Positions 32,119 to 34,373 of a DNA stretch of 34,373 nucleotides are shown in pieces; positions within the stretch are counted from its first letter, which is position 1, and each line of letters starts with the position of its first letter. Position numbers and translations under genes: made by a program. Below the pieces are notes generated by a model. The model saw only the letters and a list, made by a program, of their open reading frames with translations, had not been told where the DNA came from and searched no databases. The DNA is from a virus: IMG/VR virus record IMGVR_UViG_3300021963_000386; one strand, written 5' to 3'.

Positions 32119-32460
32119 TTAATTTACAGCCCAAGGAACAGGCTTAAAAACAACTGGTTGATCTCTTGATGCAATGGTCTCTTGCATCTGGTTTTCGATG
32201 TTAATTTTTAACAGGTCAATTCTCTGTTGACCCATTGCTGCTTGTATCCAAGATACAACTTGTGATTCTGTCACTTGGTCAAATGGCGTGAATCCATTTT
32301 GATCAAAAGTAATATCTTGCTGGCAAAGCACAGATGCACTGTCATTGCCAATAAATCCTTTGATGTTGACCATCGCGGAAACAATAACATCAGAGACGTT
32401 GTTTTTTTGTGCAACTTGTAGGCCTTGAATAGACCATTCGAGGTTTTCAATTTTAGACAT
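32119..32460 (-). CDS. Hypothetical protein downstream of the tail fibre gene, 113 aa
   Basis: ORF-track ORF that overlaps the fibre gene stop by 8 nt. It is AT-rich like the fibre gene. Confidence 0.6.
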   Translation of the reverse strand: MSKIENLEWSIQGLQVAQKNNVSDVIVSAMVNIKGFIGNDSASVLCQQDITFDQNGFTPFDQVTESQVVSWIQAAMGQQRIDLLKINIENQMQETIASRDQPVVFKPVPWAVN

Positions 32461-33583
32461 TGCTGGCTCCTTGTTGGGTTTGAAGTTGAGTGATCATCGA
32501 GTGCAACTCTTGAATTGCCTTCACAAGATATGGGACAAGATTTTGGTTGATCGAAAGCATTCCGTCATCACCGGCACGAACTTGATCTGGGAATGTCTCT
32601 GCATATTTCTGAGCAATGAAACCAACGTCATGTTTTCCGTCAGTCTTGTAATCAAACTCGACAGGACGCAGTGCAAGAATTTTGTCCAAAGATGAATCAA
32701 GATCGACAATGTTTTTCTTGACTCGTTCATCAGAGGTCACGGCCCATGTAGCTGAGTTTGCACCGTTATATGCTCCAGCACTTCCACCGATGAAAGCTGT
32801 GTTAGTGCCCTTGCCAGTTGCGCCTGCACCGATAGCAATCTCACTGGTGACTGTTGCAGATGATGCCGATGATTGATAGCCAACGTAGACGTTATCGGAG
32901 CCGCTGGTGATGTTGTAACCAGCCAAACAACCAAAGCCAGTGTTTCCAGATGCGGTTGTGGCAGTCAAAGCACCATTGCCTGTTGCTGTGTTGTAGTTCC
33001 CGCTGACGAGGCTTCGCAAAGCGGCCTGGTAGCCCGTACTGGGGTCATACCCTCCGACAGCCACGTTGCCGATGCCAGTTGTGCTGTTTTGCAATGCAAG
33101 AGCACCAAATGCTGTTGCTTGCCCTGTGCTGGTAGATGCACCAGCTCTGCTTCCAACAATTGTGTTAAATGAAGTCGTTGCTGCATTCAGGGATTGATTT
33201 CCAATTGCTGTGTTTTCTGTGCCAGATGCATTGGATGCTAAGGCATTCACACCAAGAACCGTACTTGTCGACACCGCACCGCCGCCCTTGCCAACTGTCA
33301 GACCTTGGACGGTTGCAACGCCAGTTACTGTCAGATTGACACCATTCAGATCGGCACCGCCTTCGATGCGCTGCCATGTGGTCCCATTAAACGCGATAAC
33401 ATCGCCAACCCCCCAATTTGATATTCCATTGATGGATGTTGAACCAGCTACGCTGACTTGATAATAGTCGCCTTTTGTACCGACACCAGACGCAAGAGTT
33501 GGAGTGTTTGTGCTGGCGTTCCATGTACCAACATAATTCAGCGCACCAATAGCATTGGTGATAGAGGAAACTGTTTTCAACAT
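32453..33583 (-). CDS. Tail fibre with a C-terminal Peptidase_S74 intramolecular chaperone domain, 376 aa
   Basis: AAGGAG RBS. The N-terminal motif is YVGTWNASTNTPTLASGVGTKGDYYQVSVAG...GDVIAFNGTTWQRI. The middle has repeated N-T/V-A-I/V-G head-like repeats. The C-terminal SDERVKKNIVDLDSSLDKILALRPVEFDYK...GFIAQ is the S74 chaperone signature. Confidence 0.85.
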   Translation of the reverse strand: MLKTVSSITNAIGALNYVGTWNASTNTPTLASGVGTKGDYYQVSVAGSTSINGISNWGVGDVIAFNGTTWQRIEGGADLNGVNLTVTGVATVQGLTVGKGGGAVSTSTVLGVNALASNASGTENTAIGNQSLNAATTSFNTIVGSRAGASTSTGQATAFGALALQNSTTGIGNVAVGGYDPSTGYQAALRSLVSGNYNTATGNGALTATTASGNTGFGCLAGYNITSGSDNVYVGYQSSASSATVTSEIAIGAGATGKGTNTAFIGGSAGAYNGANSATWAVTSDERVKKNIVDLDSSLDKILALRPVEFDYKTDGKHDVGFIAQKYAETFPDQVRAGDDGMLSINQNLVPYLVKAIQELHSMITQLQTQQGASNV

Positions 33584-33595
33584 TATTTCTACTCC

Positions 33596-34373
33596 TTAAA
33601 GTGGAATGACAACAAACCGAGTTTCATCGGCATTGAGAAGACCTGTTGCGGCAAGCGTGGCAGCAGCAGTGTTTTGGTCAGCGACCACAAAAACAGTGTC
33701 GCCTTGATTCAAATAAACTTGACCCACGTTGCTGTATGTTTGAACACCAGCATTAACTTGGTATTCTGCCTTGGCGCATTGAGTGCCTTGAACAGTTGTG
33801 TAAAAACCCGTCCTAATGCGAGTGCCAATAGCGCAAGTTAAAGGTAAATTAACTTGAACTTGATACAAACCAGTGTAAGGCGCTGTATAAGTGCTGGTAG
33901 CAAGATCGTACTGTGTAGACAAAGATGCGGCTACTTGAGCAGCATTGAATGTCAACTTGGCCGCTGATGTTCCCCATCCAGTGTTTGGAACAAGGGTTGC
34001 AGCAGCACTTCCAAGTGCATCAGAAAGTCCCTTGTTAAAAGAATCCCATAGCACTTTTGTCAACCTAGATACTCGGATTGACATTGCTGTGGACATTTGG
34101 CTGTTTTGCGTAATCCAAGCGTCTGTGACACCAAGGCCACCGTTGTCTGCGTAATCAACATTCACTACAAGTCCGGCAATCGAACTTGAGTTGTTGCATT
34201 GCATAAAGTTGCCGAGGTCTGCAAGTGTTCCACCTGATTCAATGCGGTTAAAAGCATTGATGTATCCGGTGCGGATGCTAGGGTCAGCGCCTGCCGTAAT
34301 TTCAAAACAGCGTTCAGGCCAGTATTTGCCTGCTGCTGCGCTGTACCGATGGTTAAAACGAAACTGTGTAAAG
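33596..34373 (-). CDS. Tailspike protein, 3' third (unique part 33596..34246); same gene as 1..1341; C1q/TNF-like C-terminal domain
   Basis: The frame is open from 34373 down to the stop at 33596. ...GYINAFNRIESGGTLADLGNFMQCNN... shows that the track ORF (34204 start) is internal. The joined gene is 1992 nt, 663 aa. The C-terminus reads YDLATSTYTAPYTGLYQVQVNL...VYLNQGDTVFVV...ETRFVVIPL. Confidence 0.85.
   Translation of the reverse strand, partial: FTQFRFNHRYSAAAGKYWPERCFEITAGADPSIRTGYINAFNRIESGGTLADLGNFMQCNNSSSIAGLVVNVDYADNGGLGVTDAWITQNSQMSTAMSIRVSRLTKVLWDSFNKGLSDALGSAAATLVPNTGWGTSAAKLTFNAAQVAASLSTQYDLATSTYTAPYTGLYQVQVNLPLTCAIGTRIRTGFYTTVQGTQCAKAEYQVNAGVQTYSNVGQVYLNQGDTVFVVADQNTAAATLAATGLLNADETRFVVIPL
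34247..34373. repeat. Second copy of the 127-nt terminal block (identical to 1..127)
   Basis: Direct comparison of the two window ends. Confidence 0.9.

Noticed and set aside
34247-34373. The 127-nt terminal repeat read as a genuine phage direct terminal repeat.
   Set aside because: It lies in the middle of the tailspike reading frame, and the frame continues seamlessly across the junction. P22-like phages package by headful. It is best read as an assembly overlap, though read-level data are needed to be sure.

Overview
The window is a complete, circularly closed phage genome. Nt 1-127 are identical to nt 34247-34373, so the unique sequence is about 34,246 bp. Gene content and order match a P22-like short-tailed dsDNA phage from a high-GC, probably proteobacterial, host. 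Three transcription blocks are visible. (1) A rightward early operon, 22219->29891 (+), encodes a Sak4-type AAA ATPase, a DUF669-type SSB, a Cas4-like PD-(D/E)xK nuclease, an HNH endonuclease, an SF2 helicase, a sigma-region-4-like protein, a VRR-NUC nuclease, an RHH protein, an Ogr-like zinc ribbon and small membrane or Cys-rich proteins. (2) A leftward early pair, 22095->20034 (-), encodes a Cro-like HTH protein and a Prim-Pol/helicase. (3) A roughly 24-kb leftward late block runs 19882->1 and wraps to 34246->29895 (-). It encodes a second HNH, a ParB-methyltransferase, TerS, TerL, a P22-type portal, scaffold, a P22-type coat, gp4-like and gp10-like proteins, a needle/fibre-like protein, three ejection-protein-like genes, the tailspike (split by the linearisation point), an S74-chaperone tail fibre and a lysis cassette. 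Genes are packed with ATGA/GTGA/TGATG overlaps. I found no integrase, CI-type repressor, tRNA, CRISPR array or reverse transcriptase. The main observations are as follows. An HNH cassette sits at the 5' end of the helicase gene and is flanked by two diverged copies of the helicase N-terminus. A dense GGGACA/TGTCCC hexamer array lies at the early/late boundary, inside an AT-rich mosaic island. Two near-consensus divergent promoters interdigitate. Several likely genes fall below the 60-aa track cutoff, including two very basic micro-proteins behind a coat-gene terminator, an RHH protein, a Zn ribbon and a 59-aa membrane protein. Two 111-aa genes form a tandem paralog pair in the tail module. All family assignments are motif recognition by eye, and no database search was run.
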